A stretch of DNA of 63,841 bases, counting the filler, from Globobulimina sp. (taxonomy: Eukaryota): assembly GCA_003354225.1 (NCBI GenBank). It is 20 parts of 20 records of this genome, joined end to end, with 100 filler letters (N's around TTAATTAATTAA, not from the genome) between each part and the next. Parts side by side here need not be neighbours in the genome. Positions count along the whole stretch, not along the records: positions 35,186 to 38,282 come from PIVH01003740.1; positions 38,383 to 41,478 come from PIVH01003741.1; positions 41,579 to 44,673 come from PIVH01003742.1; positions 44,774 to 47,868 come from PIVH01003743.1; 16 more parts are not named here. One strand, written 5' to 3'. Under the pieces are notes generated by a model, which ran no database searches, was not told the origin of the DNA, and saw only the letters and a program-made list of their open reading frames with translations. This document shows, piece by piece, positions 36,036 through 47,445 of this stretch; position 1 is the stretch's first letter, and each line of letters begins with the position of its first letter. The translations under genes were made by a program, and so were the position numbers.

Positions 36036-38028
36036 ATGTCGTCCTCAAAGAATGACAATAAGAAGAGGCCTAAAAATAAATCTTTTGGAGAGAAACTATT
36101 TAGTCGTTTTGGCAAAAAAAAGAGTAAAGATAAAAAGGATAAGAAAGATAAAAAAAATGGAAAAAACAAAAACAAACATAATTATAATTCGTCAAAACCC
36201 AATAAAATAATCGATGTTATACCAGCAGAGCCAAAAGATTTAAAAGATATATATACTACGGATGATGTAATAAATTATAGGTCGCAAGTAATCCGCAGTG
36301 TGAATGATGAGAAACGTAAAAATTTGGTGACTGAAAAATTACGGCTATGTTGTGTACGGTTTGATTTCTCGGCGATTATGGATGATGTTAAAATAAATAT
36401 AAATCAAGAAAATCAAAACCAAAAACAACAGCCAGCACAAGCACCAGCACAAACTGATAAGTCTGATAAGAGGAAAATGGACGGACTAAATAGTGATATT
36501 TTGGCAAATGGGCCGCGATTCTCTCGCACATTAAGCCAACTCGAACTTGAATGTAAGAAACAACTCACAATTGGCATTGATAAGAAAAGGCAAATGTTGG
36601 TGGAAATTGTTGAATTTATATCTACACAAAAATGGTGGAATGAGGACATATTACGCGAATTAATTGGATGTGTTACAAATAATCTATTTCGTACATTACC
36701 TTTAGGCTCAAAACGCAAATTTGTTAAAGGTGATGAGGAGGAAGAACCATTCTTAGATCCACAATGGTTGCATCTACAGTTAGTGTATGAGCTATGTTTA
36801 CGGTTTTTGATCTCAAATGATATCGATAAAAAGGTATATATATTGTTTTTACGCATTTTCGCATATTATTAATAATATAGTAATAATATTATTATAGGTA
36901 ATGCAAAAATATTTGCGTGGCGCATTTGTATTAAATTTAATTCAATTATTTCAATCAGAAGATATGAGGGAGAGAGATTATTTAAAAACAATATTACATC
37001 GCATATATGGGAGGTTTATGCCGTTGAGACAACAAATAAGAACAGAGATTGCCAATGAATGTTATCGATATGTTTATGGTTCATCGCGTGGCGTGCATGG
37101 CATTGCTGAATTTTTAGATATATTTTCATCGATTATTAATGGTTTTAGTATTCCAGTTAAAGAAGAACATAAAGCCTTTTTGCGCAATGTCTTATTGCCT
37201 TTGCATAAATGTAACAAATATGAAGTATATTTTCAACAATTGGCAGATTGTTGCGTTTTATTTGTGAATAAAGAGCAATCGATTGCAAGTACAGTGCTTT
37301 CCGGATTATTAAAGTTTTGGCCTCAATTATCACCCACAAAGCAGGCCTTTTATTTGCGAGAAATGTTGAATGTCATTGGAGCTCTCGTGGAACACGAAAA
37401 CGGTTTCTCTTATCCGAAATATAAAGATATTGTATTATTATGTATAAATAAGATTTTTGAGTGCATGGAATCACCTCATTTTCAAGTGTGTGACCAAGCA
37501 TTGTCGTTATGGAAAGACACGGTGATGTTATATCTATCCAAATGTCAGAAAGATATGATATGGCGGCGATTATTTATTATATTTAAAGATATTCAATTAA
37601 ATCATTGGAACAGTGGTATTAAACACTTATCGAACGAAGTTGTTTTATATTATGAACGCATTGATTTTGAGTATTGGAAAAAATTAAAAGATGAATATGA
37701 AAATGGATTAACAAATACAAATACAAATGAAAATATTCCCAATACATTGGTCCCAGATAAATATAAAAATTTAAAAATTGATAAAATAAATCAAACACAA
37801 AAAGAAAGAATCGAAAAATATAGACTCATAAAGGAAATAGCGCACGAAAAAAAAGATAATTTTAAAACAGAAATAAATGGATACTCTGAGAATGAGACAA
37901 AACAACAACAAGAAGAAGAACAACAAATGGAAGGACAGGAAGCAATAAAATATGATGAATACAGCAATGATAACAATGGCACTGTGGATAATAGTCATAA
38001 TACATTTGATCAACAAGACACTACGTGA
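36036..38028 (+). CDS. B56: PP2A regulatory subunit B' (B56), 1 intron
   Basis: KLRLCCVRFDF, NLFRTLP, DPQWLHLQLVYE, SEDMRERDYLKTILHRIYGRF, IINGFSIPVKEEH and SPHFQV. Intron 36834-36897. Confidence 0.96.
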
Positions 38029-38382
38029 TGCATCACATTCATTTATTGTTTTTTAATATTTTTCGTCACTTCATATTTTGTCTATATATAGATTTTGTTT
38101 TTGTGATTTGTGTTTTTTTTTGCCGATCTATTATTGAGTATATTGTTTTGAGTGTTTATGTCTCATTTTTTTTCTGTTTGTGTTGATGAATGACCTTTTT
38201 TTTTATCCTCAATTTTACATTATCTAGAAATTAAATAGGCAATCAGTGTTTGAGTATACCAAAATTACGCAAATATGAATTANNNNNNNNNNNNNNNNNN
38301 NNNNNNNNNNNNNNNNNNNNNNNNNNTTAATTAATTAANNNNNNNNNNNNNNNNNNNNNNNNNNNNNNNNNNNNNNNNNNNN

Positions 38383-40359
38383 GCACGTATTTTGAAACAA
38401 GCATCAGAAATATCTTTCCGCCGAGTTCCAACATTATCAGAACTAAAGCGGCAATACACTGCAGACATCCAAAGATACAGCAGTTTGGATATTTCAATTC
38501 AATTTCAACAAGAAATACAGAGTGAAATATTAGTATCAGATGTATTGGTATCGGAAGACCTGGCCTCTGAAATGAAGCAAAAACTGGAAAAAACCTGGAC
38601 TTTGATGTTGTCACATTTGTCAAGAATGGATACCAATATCTTAGAAGAAGAATCAATGGAATATTTGGACCAAGAACCGCCGACTGAGTGCAATAAAACT
38701 GTCGAAAATAGTTGTTCTGCTCAAAAATCTGCTGCAAGCAATCGGTATTTGTCTCCCAAGAAATCCATTTTCCACAAAACAAATTTATCAGTAACTACGC
38801 AAAGATCTGCTTTGAAAGATCAATCATTGGGCGTTAAATTAATGAATAATAGCTATATCCGATGGTTGTATCATTTTAGCAGTAGAGCCTCCTCATTAGG
38901 CGACCAAATCACAGACTTAGTATTGCTGATAACACTGCTCAGCACCGGCGCAACCAGGCATTTTTTCATCTATTTGTGCTTTTTGTTGGCTCCATATCTT
39001 GTTTTGTCCGTTATATTGCTGGCACCATTCGCCAGAAGGAGTGAGTTAATCGCTTCCATATTTTACGACAATGATAGTAATGAAAGCAAACCCAAATTGC
39101 GAGTATCAGCCATGCTGTTTTCACCAATATTGTTGGCAATATATATTTTAATATGCATTCCATATTTGATTGGTGTGGATTGTTATGTTTATTTCACGTT
39201 AATGGGCAAAGACTTAGCAACAACGCGATATTTTTTATACTATTGGAGACTAAAAATTATTGTTGAAATATTATTCGAAGCAATACCGCAAACCTTATTT
39301 TTATTAACCACCGAATTAAATGATGTCAATCCGATTTTAGTCATCGTCTCATTGTGTACATCGACTCTCTTATTTTCATGGTCCATGTTCAAAATATATC
39401 GCGGTGGACGTCAAACGGGACTCGGTACTAAAAAATACTTCAAACTGTATTATATCGAACAAGGTATCGAAATGATACCGTATTTGGAGGCAATTGTTCA
39501 AAATAATTTAATTGAATTGTCATTACGTGAAAATTTGCAAATGTCGGAATGGAAACATATGGCAAAATCCATATTTTTTAATTTTAGTATCCAAAGTTTC
39601 TCCATCCACGGACAAAATGATATTTTACCTAAGATTTGGTGTTTATTATTTTATTCATTGGAGAATAATCGCTTAACAAGTATTAATTTGACAAATTGTA
39701 AGTTAATGGGAGATGAAAGCTGTCCAAAGCCACAGGCAAATACATCATTTATTCGAGGAATGTCAGATTTGGAATCGATTCAATTACAAAATGTTGTTAC
39801 AGAAGCATTTAATGAAAATATTGAAGACTGTACGAAAAAGAATGAAGATATGCAAGGCTTTACGAGATTGCTTGTATTATATTCATTGCAAAGAACAATA
39901 AATATTTCATCGTCGACATTAAAATATATTCAATTAAAAGAAAATAATTTCGCATCGGTAATACCGTTGCTGTTAAACACAATATCTCAATGTACAAATT
40001 TAGAAAAATTAGATTTATCTTCAAATCATTTAGGAATGGCACATGAAAAGCAACTAACCAAATCATTTCGGAATTTAATTATTGAATGCAAGCAATTAAA
40101 AGATTTAATTTTAAATGATAACGGCTTAAATGATAGTTTTGCGCAAATGTTTGTTCATATCTTATCGTCGCATCCTGATGATATTCACTTAATATTATTA
40201 TCATTAGAAAATAATGAATTGACACTTTTTGGCGCAAAAACATTATTGACTGCATGCAACACATCAAATATTGCCATCAATTTACAAAGTAATAATATAG
40301 GAACACACCAATGGATGAAGTTAATGGGTACAATGTTGAGGAGCGCAAATGAACCATAA
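38383..40359 (+). CDS. Membrane protein with an XK-like TM region fused to RNI-like leucine-rich repeats; 5' truncated
   Basis: EILFEAIPQTLF motif in the TM bundle. LRRs include LEKLDLSSNHLG, LKDLILNDNGLND and LSLENNELT. Confidence 0.75.
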   Translation, partial: ARILKQASEISFRRVPTLSELKRQYTADIQRYSSLDISIQFQQEIQSEILVSDVLVSEDLASEMKQKLEKTWTLMLSHLSRMDTNILEEESMEYLDQEPPTECNKTVENSCSAQKSAASNRYLSPKKSIFHKTNLSVTTQRSALKDQSLGVKLMNNSYIRWLYHFSSRASSLGDQITDLVLLITLLSTGATRHFFIYLCFLLAPYLVLSVILLAPFARRSELIASIFYDNDSNESKPKLRVSAMLFSPILLAIYILICIPYLIGVDCYVYFTLMGKDLATTRYFLYYWRLKIIVEILFEAIPQTLFLLTTELNDVNPILVIVSLCTSTLLFSWSMFKIYRGGRQTGLGTKKYFKLYYIEQGIEMIPYLEAIVQNNLIELSLRENLQMSEWKHMAKSIFFNFSIQSFSIHGQNDILPKIWCLLFYSLENNRLTSINLTNCKLMGDESCPKPQANTSFIRGMSDLESIQLQNVVTEAFNENIEDCTKKNEDMQGFTRLLVLYSLQRTINISSSTLKYIQLKENNFASVIPLLLNTISQCTNLEKLDLSSNHLGMAHEKQLTKSFRNLIIECKQLKDLILNDNGLNDSFAQMFVHILSSHPDDIHLILLSLENNELTLFGAKTLLTACNTSNIAINLQSNNIGTHQWMKLMGTMLRSANEP

Positions 40360-40761
40360 TTGTTTTTTTCGATCTTCTAATTTATTTTCTTTTTTGCAAC
40401 ATGTCACGACTCACAAGTCGCATTTGCCAGACGGATCTCCAGTGCTTGAGGTGTTTACCTTTTTGTGTGTTTTGTTTTCGGTGGCCTGGATTTGAGATTT
40501 AAAGTATCAACAAATTCACATATTCAACTTACTTATCCTTCCTTGAGAATGGTACCTTGTATCTCCGTTACTGCCGTTGACATTCTTCAGTGAAGCAAAA
40601 ACGCCTAAAAACCTCCAAACAATCAGTGGCAAAGCAACTGTGTAATAGTGTCAGAGTCAGACAAGTGAAACAACTGTGTCACTGTGCATAATGAGTTCAA
40701 CAACAAGTATGATTGTATGAGCACAAATATTAATTATTTAATATTTATACACATATTGAAT

Positions 40762-41478
40762 ATGCAAAAAGGAAGTGCGGAAAATTTAGATGCTATATGG
40801 ACCAAAGTATATTCATACGGTTTTGGTGGAATGGGCATTTTATTATCATTAATTACAATGATATTAATATTCATTTGGATATTATCGACAGATGGTGGTG
40901 GTTTAGGTTTACGTGCGAGTACAGTAACCAGTGGTTATTTCAATTGGCATCCATTATTGATGTGCATTGCATTTTTATTTTTTATGACTCCCGCAACGTC
41001 TGCATTTGAGGTATTATCGCCATTTTCAAGGAATAGAAATAAAACAATTCATGGCATATTACAATCCGTAGCAATTATTTGTATTTTCAGCGGCTATGGA
41101 ATCATCTATGACTGTCATACTGTATTAACGGACCATGGTTTAGCAACATCTATGCATTCGATTGCCGGGTATATTACCATTGTATTATGTGGCTGTACGT
41201 ATGCAATGGGTTTTTATTTATATGTTTTGAAATTTGGTGGGATTTTAAGGGGTGAATTAAAACCATTGCATAAAAGATTAGGGTTAATGTCATTGTTGAT
41301 GGGATTTGCCTCGATGTTGATGGGAATGACGGAAAAAGCAAACAGTTTAAGTGGAAGTTCGTTGGTTTTAGCACAAGTTATCGTTGGTTTGTTAGTTGTC
41401 AGTTGTATCTGTGTTGGTTTTTCAATCATTAAGTTTGTGGATAAAAAACATAGTGAGTTCAAATATGCAATAATAGAG
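40762..41478 (+). CDS. Cytochrome b561 family protein
   Basis: FNWHPLLM, KTIHGILQ, SMHSIAG and PLHKRLG give four heme-ligand histidines on TM helices. Confidence 0.93.
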
Positions 41479-41578
41479 NNNNNNNNNNNNNNNNNNNNNN
41501 NNNNNNNNNNNNNNNNNNNNNNTTAATTAATTAANNNNNNNNNNNNNNNNNNNNNNNNNNNNNNNNNNNNNNNNNNNN

Positions 41579-42907
41579 GATATAGAAGGAATGAGATCTG
41601 CATCTGCCATCCTTACTGCCAGAGGTGGAATGACAAGTCATGCCGCACTGGTTGCCCGAGGGTGGGGAAAGTGTTGCATCGTAGGTGCCGGCGCTCTAAA
41701 AATAAACCTAGAACAAAAGACGGTACAGATTGGCACCAAAACATTTAATGAAGGAGATTTTTTTACTTTAAATGGCACAAAAGGGCATGTGTATGAAGGC
41801 CAGTTAAAAATGAAAAATGCGTCTGAAAATCCAAGATTTAAGAAATTTATGGAAATTGCAGACAAATATCGAACCATGAAAGTGAGAACCAATGCAGATA
41901 CGCCGGAGGATGCATTAAAAGCAATCGAATTCGGTGCTGAAGGCATTGGTCTGTTTCGGACAGAACATATGTTTTATGGAACTGAATCAGAAAAACCCTT
42001 ATTTTTATTACGAAAAATGATTTTAAGCAAATCAACCGGAGAACGTCAGACTGCGCTTGATGAGCTCTACCCTTTTGTAAAACTTGAAATCCAGCATACC
42101 TTAGAAGTTATGGACCAAATGCCCGTAACCATCCGCCTTCTAGATCCACCCTTACATGAATTCATCCCTCAATCCAGAGAAAATCAGATGGAAATTGCAA
42201 ACGCCTTAGGTATTGATTTTGAGGAAGTCTTAAAAAGAGGTGAATTACTCAAAGAATCAAATCCAATGATTGGCCATCGAGGGGTCCGACTCGGCATTAC
42301 CTTCCCAGAAATCACTGAAATGCAGATTAAAGCAATTTTTGAAGCCAGTGCAGAACTTATAAAATCTGGAAAAACCCCCATGCCGGAAATTATGGTACCT
42401 GTGACGTGTAATGAAAAAGAACTTGAGTTTATGAAAAAAATCGTAGATTCGATATACAACAATGTGATTGAACAAAATGATATATCTTCTATAGATTACA
42501 TGTTTGGTACAATGATTGAAATACCACGTGCTGCAGTTATTTCTGATAAAATGGCAGAATATGCACAATTCTTTTCATTTGGAACAAATGATCTTACTCA
42601 AATGACTTTTGGATTTTCCCGTGATGATATAGGCTCATTTATGAACGATTATATTGACAACGCTATCTTAAGTTCAGATCCATTTGAAACCCTTGATCAA
42701 GAAGCCGTTGGAAGTCTTATCAAATTATCAGTTGAACGTGGGCAAATGACAAGACCCGACATTAAGCTTGGCATTTGTGGTGAACATGGTGGCGATCCCG
42801 CATCCATTGAGTTTTGTCACAATACAGGTTTAACTTATGTTTCATGTTCACCTTATCGAGTACCGATTGCGCGATTGTCCGCAGCCCAGGCAGCTATTAA
42901 AAACTAA
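41579..42907 (+). CDS. ppdK: Pyruvate, phosphate dikinase, C-terminal half (bacterial contig)
   Basis: Phospho-His motif GGMTSHAA, GIGLFRTEHMF, RLLDPPLHEF, GTMIEIPRAA, FSFGTNDLTQ and GICGEHGGDP. No introns. Confidence 0.98.
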   Translation, partial: DIEGMRSASAILTARGGMTSHAALVARGWGKCCIVGAGALKINLEQKTVQIGTKTFNEGDFFTLNGTKGHVYEGQLKMKNASENPRFKKFMEIADKYRTMKVRTNADTPEDALKAIEFGAEGIGLFRTEHMFYGTESEKPLFLLRKMILSKSTGERQTALDELYPFVKLEIQHTLEVMDQMPVTIRLLDPPLHEFIPQSRENQMEIANALGIDFEEVLKRGELLKESNPMIGHRGVRLGITFPEITEMQIKAIFEASAELIKSGKTPMPEIMVPVTCNEKELEFMKKIVDSIYNNVIEQNDISSIDYMFGTMIEIPRAAVISDKMAEYAQFFSFGTNDLTQMTFGFSRDDIGSFMNDYIDNAILSSDPFETLDQEAVGSLIKLSVERGQMTRPDIKLGICGEHGGDPASIEFCHNTGLTYVSCSPYRVPIARLSAAQAAIKN

Positions 42908-42922
42908 TTATAGATTAAAGCA

Positions 42923-42968
42923 AAACAACATTTTAATACATTGATCTCATAGTATTAAAATGTTGTTT
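42923..42968. terminator. Stem-loop, probable bidirectional terminator
   Basis: Perfect 17-bp stem AAACAACATTTTAATAC/GTATTAAAATGTTGTTT with a 12-nt loop, 15 nt after the ppdK stop, between convergent genes. Confidence 0.75.
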
Positions 42969-43027
42969 ATGATATCGTTTGGTGTTCTAAGGCAACGACT
43001 GAACTACAAATATAAATCAACACTCTT

Positions 43028-43171
43028 TTAGGTTTTATTGATTCCAATAAATCCTGCCAACATCAATGCAATTCCAAAATAATAACAATAATTATTAGTA
43101 TTGATAAAATAATACCCGATAACTAAAAGGACAATTCCTGCCAACCCTATGAAACAAAAAAAATTTCTCAT
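43028..43171 (-). CDS. Small two-TM membrane protein (47 aa), absent from the ORF track
   Basis: Shine-Dalgarno GAGGA 4 nt before the ATG. Translation MRNFFCFIGLAGIVLLVIGYY...FGIALMLAGFIGINKT. Confidence 0.65.
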   Translation of the reverse strand: MRNFFCFIGLAGIVLLVIGYYFINTNNYCYYFGIALMLAGFIGINKT

Positions 43172-43264
43172 GTTATCCTCAAATCAAATATTGTAAGTTG
43201 CAATTTTAATATTGCTTTAAAAGATATGTAGATATTTGTCAAAAGTTTTGCCCAAAATGTTATA

Positions 43265-43507
43265 TTATAACCTTCTCAACACCATATAAACCTGTCTATG
43301 GTAAGTAAATAAAAGTTTTGTAATGGTTAAATACGATTTGATCGAATGAGCTGATACTTTTTGGGTCTGAAGGAACTTACCGAAACTGTCCATATGGTCT
43401 GTGAATTTTTCTTTAAATTTGGTGATCCCCTGGTCCTTGCAAAATGGTAATCATTTTTTTCTTAAGACAGCACTATACAAAGTTTTTGTGATGTCTGCCA
43501 AGGCCAT
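43265..43507 (-). pseudogene. Remnant of a tyrosine-recombinase/integrase N-terminal (core-binding) domain
   Basis: MALADITKTLYSAVLRKK*LPFCKDQGI...FGKFLQTQKVSAHSIKSYLTITKLLFTY. In-frame TGA at 43451-43453 and no catalytic domain follows. Confidence 0.55.
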
Positions 43508-44197
43508 AGTGTTTTGAGATTTAAAGACTGGTTTACCTGCAACTCAAATTCTGAGAAATAATAAATAGACATTTCGCACCTTCTTAAAAGGATGTAGTTG
43601 TTGTGCCTCTGCCAGAAATGTAAATATTTTTCAAGGCCGGTCTATTTGTATTCGTAAAATTTATGGCTTTTAATTAGAAAAAAACCGAGGGGTCCCGCAT
43701 TTCCAATTTAACAGGTTTAAAATGTATGCAGTGCTTTCTCAGAATGTGATGTATATTCTTTTAGTTTATTAGATGACATCTGTCAGAGAAATGTTTTCTT
43801 GGAATAAAGTTGATTTAATGAAATCAATAAATCAGGTTATTTTTTATTATAAAGTTTAATCTCAACAATTATGCGAGTAAATCATGAATTATTATCCAAT
43901 CAAAATTGTAAAGATCGTGATGGATTTTGACATTTTATTTTGGTGGTCCAGGCATGTTGATTTGCACGAATTTGAATGTATCACGATATTTTGCTATAAG
44001 TGGCAAGTTGATTCCATGGAAATACACCACCATAGATGAAAACTACTGAATAATATAATGCAGTTGTATTTTACAGACGTTTTCAGAATCGATTACGAAT
44101 CAGGAGTATTTATTTTATGGTACAAATAAATAAAAACAATAACTCTAATGAGGCTATAACTGCTCTTATTGGCCCTATTCACCCGAGAGGTATACCA

Positions 44198-44673
44198 GTG
44201 AAAACTATATTTTTCTTATTTTGTGTTTTTATACTTTCAGGTTGCGTTCAGTACGAAAAACCGATTAGTCCATTACAGACCCTCTCTCCATCAGAATTGG
44301 CTAAGTTTACAGACCGATTTGGCACACTGAATGAAGATCTGTGGGAAATCTATGCTGAATCAAGTGATTGGCAGATGGAAAATTTTCAATTTGCGGATGT
44401 AAGTGCAAATGGGCAGCTAATTATTCAAACAAAAAAAGATACATATAGTAAAGGAAATCTCCACTCAAAATTCTTGTTAAGGGGAGATTATGATATTCAA
44501 ATTGATTGCGAGGCAGTACTTAAAGCGATATCAGGTGATATGATATATAATCTATCTTTTGAAACAGCTACTATCAGAGAAAAACCATCTGATCCATGGA
44601 CGGGTGTATTCATTGAAATTACAAAGGATCCAAAAGAGAAAAAGGGCAACTTCGGTTCTGGGATGTGTGTTGG
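44198..44673 (+). CDS. Bacterial lipoprotein, 3' truncated
   Basis: GAGAGG RBS before a GTG start and signal peptide MKTIFFLFCVFILSGC with an LSGC lipobox. Alternative ATG at 44117. Confidence 0.75.
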
Positions 44674-44893
44674 NNNNNNNNNNNNNNNNNNNNNNNNNNN
44701 NNNNNNNNNNNNNNNNNTTAATTAATTAANNNNNNNNNNNNNNNNNNNNNNNNNNNNNNNNNNNNNNNNNNNNGGGGGTTCGATCGATATATGGATGATT
44801 TTTTGGATTTTTTGGTGGATGGGGGGATTTGGTCGATTTATATTGATATTTTTGTAAATAAATTCACTTTTAAATAATTAAATAAAAAACCGC

Positions 44894-47118
44894 TCATTTT
44901 TTCCCTCTATTTTTAAAAGTAGTTATTTTCCATCTTCTCACATTGAATTTCACTGTATTCCACATCTTTGCTTTAACAACAGTTCGCTTCATTGATCTTT
45001 TCACTTTCGAGTAACTCTTAGCTGTTTTCTTTGGTAATTTGGTATCTAACTCCAATGTCTTTTTCATATTATTTGCCTTTTCAATATCATGTCCACGGAT
45101 CACATTCTTCCAAATCCAACTCAATGTTTTAATATGTCCCAAATATTTATCATTGGCAATATCATCTGGAAGGTTAAAATGTCCACGCAATGCATTATCC
45201 AATAATTGTAATCCCATATTCATTGCCAATTTATGTCTAACAATGTTCATTATCCTTCCTTGTCTCTCTGCAAATGGGTTTGCAGGTTGTACTGAAATAA
45301 AATATTCATAAATTATTGCAAGTGGTTGATTTGTATCCAATGAATCAATCACATCCTCATATACATCATAGAAATCAATGTGTTTTTGCTGTACTATTTT
45401 ACTCAAAGTCCACTGAGATTGACCTTCCTCTCTCAATGCTTCGATGGCATCAATCACCATACATTGTGCATAAACAATACATTCAATAAATTCACTTCTA
45501 TTCAAGTTCTCATCCATTCCAATTATAATCAATGTATCTCGTTTGAGATCAAATAATGTAATCATATCTTGCTTTGCTCCGCTTTGAATCCATTCCTTTG
45601 CTTTTTTCGATGAAATTGTATTTAATCTGAATGACTCATAGTCAGCGATGGTTCGAAATAGGTTCCATATCACAAACTGTTCATTCTCTTTATGTTCTGT
45701 GATGGCCGCCAATATGGATTGGAGTGTCTCAGTATACATTTTCTGAACTTCTCTGACGATCCGATAATAATCAGTCTTTGTAAATGCATCGTATTCTCGA
45801 TATCTCTCATTTTGTTCATCCAATCCATCATATTTAATCCATCTAAATTCCGCCTCATACTTTGTTTTGCCATTTTTGTCTCTTCTTCGTACTCTCTCAT
45901 TGTCCACATTTTCATCATGGAATTTGGTCATAAATGGATAGAATGAGCTGTTTGAGTCTTTTGCGTTCAATTTGGATCGTAACAACCTCTCAACATTCTC
46001 AATCTCTTTTATATATCCAATAATATTCAAAGATTCTGTCTCTGTTAAAACCTGATATTTCAATGCCATCACACTCAATATATCGTAGCCAGCGTATGTC
46101 ATCATAGCAGTCCTCAAATTACATACGTTTCCGATCAATGTATTTATTTTATCTGTTATCCGTTCGATATCTTCTGGTTTCTTAGCTTTTGCAATGATTG
46201 TATCAGCACATTGTAATAATAAATATATTAAACCGGATAAATTAGATTTCCATGCTTTAAGTCCTTGGAATTGATTGATTAACCATCTTGTTTCAAAATC
46301 ACGTGGCTGATTCAAATGTTTTCCGCATTGTTCAATGCAACATTCGATAAATAAATTCTTTGTCGCTTCTGATCGATTTGTAAACGTACGACATTTACAA
46401 ACTAACTCAATTAATTCATCAAAAAGTTTTTCAGATAAAAAACTGTCGTTTGCAAACAAATCAATCTGGTGACAGATGCCATGCGTCGTAGTTAACGTGA
46501 TTCCACACAATCTCTCTTTTTCCACACAATCTCTCTTTGTTTACAATTATAATACTCGGCGCCTTTATTGTCAAAAAAATACAAACAATCATTCATACTC
46601 TCTTTGACGATGGATTTGAGCTCTTTCATTGTATTTGGTTTTGGTATAATACTAATATTATCAAACGGATCATCATTAAGTCCATCAAACGGATTAAACG
46701 GATCTGGACTCGCACTCTTTTCATCAATATCAATATCAACAATAGGTTCAACCTCAAAGTCAATGGATAAATATTGCGCCATCTCTTTACATGTAATACC
46801 CAATGATATGATGTCATTATCATCCAAACATTCTAATATTAAAACAAATTTTAAAACAAATATATAATGGATTGTGACAGCTGACGATGGGTCATTTGAT
46901 TTAGATTCATTTGATTGAGATTCATTTGACTGCGATTCACTTTTCTTTGGTTTGAAAAAATTTGTAATCATTTTTTTTGCATCGCGTGGTTTCATTGCTT
47001 TTTTATGATATTTAGATCGTTCATGTTGATCTTTGTTTATTTGACTAATATTTTGCGGCAGTGTTTTGTTGCAAATATTGCATTTTCCATCGACAATTGC
47101 AAATATTGCGTTTTCCAT
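44894..47118 (-). mobile_element. hAT-superfamily transposase, frameshifted and probably internally deleted
   Basis: N-terminal C2H2 zinc finger (CNIC...HERSKYH), CxxH motif (HGICHQIDL), ETRW and a C-terminal dimerisation motif SVQPANPFAERQGRIMNIVRHKL. The frame break coincides with a 19-bp tandem repeat at 46501-46538. Confidence 0.8.
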
Positions 47119-47126
47119 CTTATCTC

Positions 47127-47445
47127 AATCGCACCGTTTCCTTTTGCACCAATCGCACTGTTTCCAAAGTGACAGTAGACAGTTTTTGAGAATTAAAATC
47201 TCTAAGTCAACAAACTAGTCGCCAAAAGGTTCTAACTCCAGTTTGAATAAACAAACTGTCGCCAAAAGGGTCTCTCTAATTCGCTGACGTTGAGGTTCTG
47301 CTCGACTAAATAGCAAAAACAGTTATATAATCGTCAAAAGAGAATCAGTCATAAGCACCGGCATCTTGCTACCATAGGCATTAACTGTAGATTCTCAGAT
47401 TCTGATATGTAATAACTGTCTTTAGCTATTTGCTGACGTCGAGAC
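47127..47445. repeat. Paired short direct and inverted repeats upstream of the transposase (subterminal-like)
   Basis: AATCGCACYGTTTCC x2, CAAACT(A)GTCGCCAAAAGG x2, GCTGACGTYGAG x2 and an inverted AAATAGCWAAA(G)ACAGTTAT pair. Confidence 0.6.

Noticed and set aside
12883..38028. PP2A catalytic, TOR and B56 genes in one window, read as a signalling cluster
   Set aside because: They lie on different contigs ordered only by length.
41579..42907. ppdK as a horizontally acquired host gene
   Set aside because: The whole contig has bacterial signals and no physical link to eukaryotic sequence.
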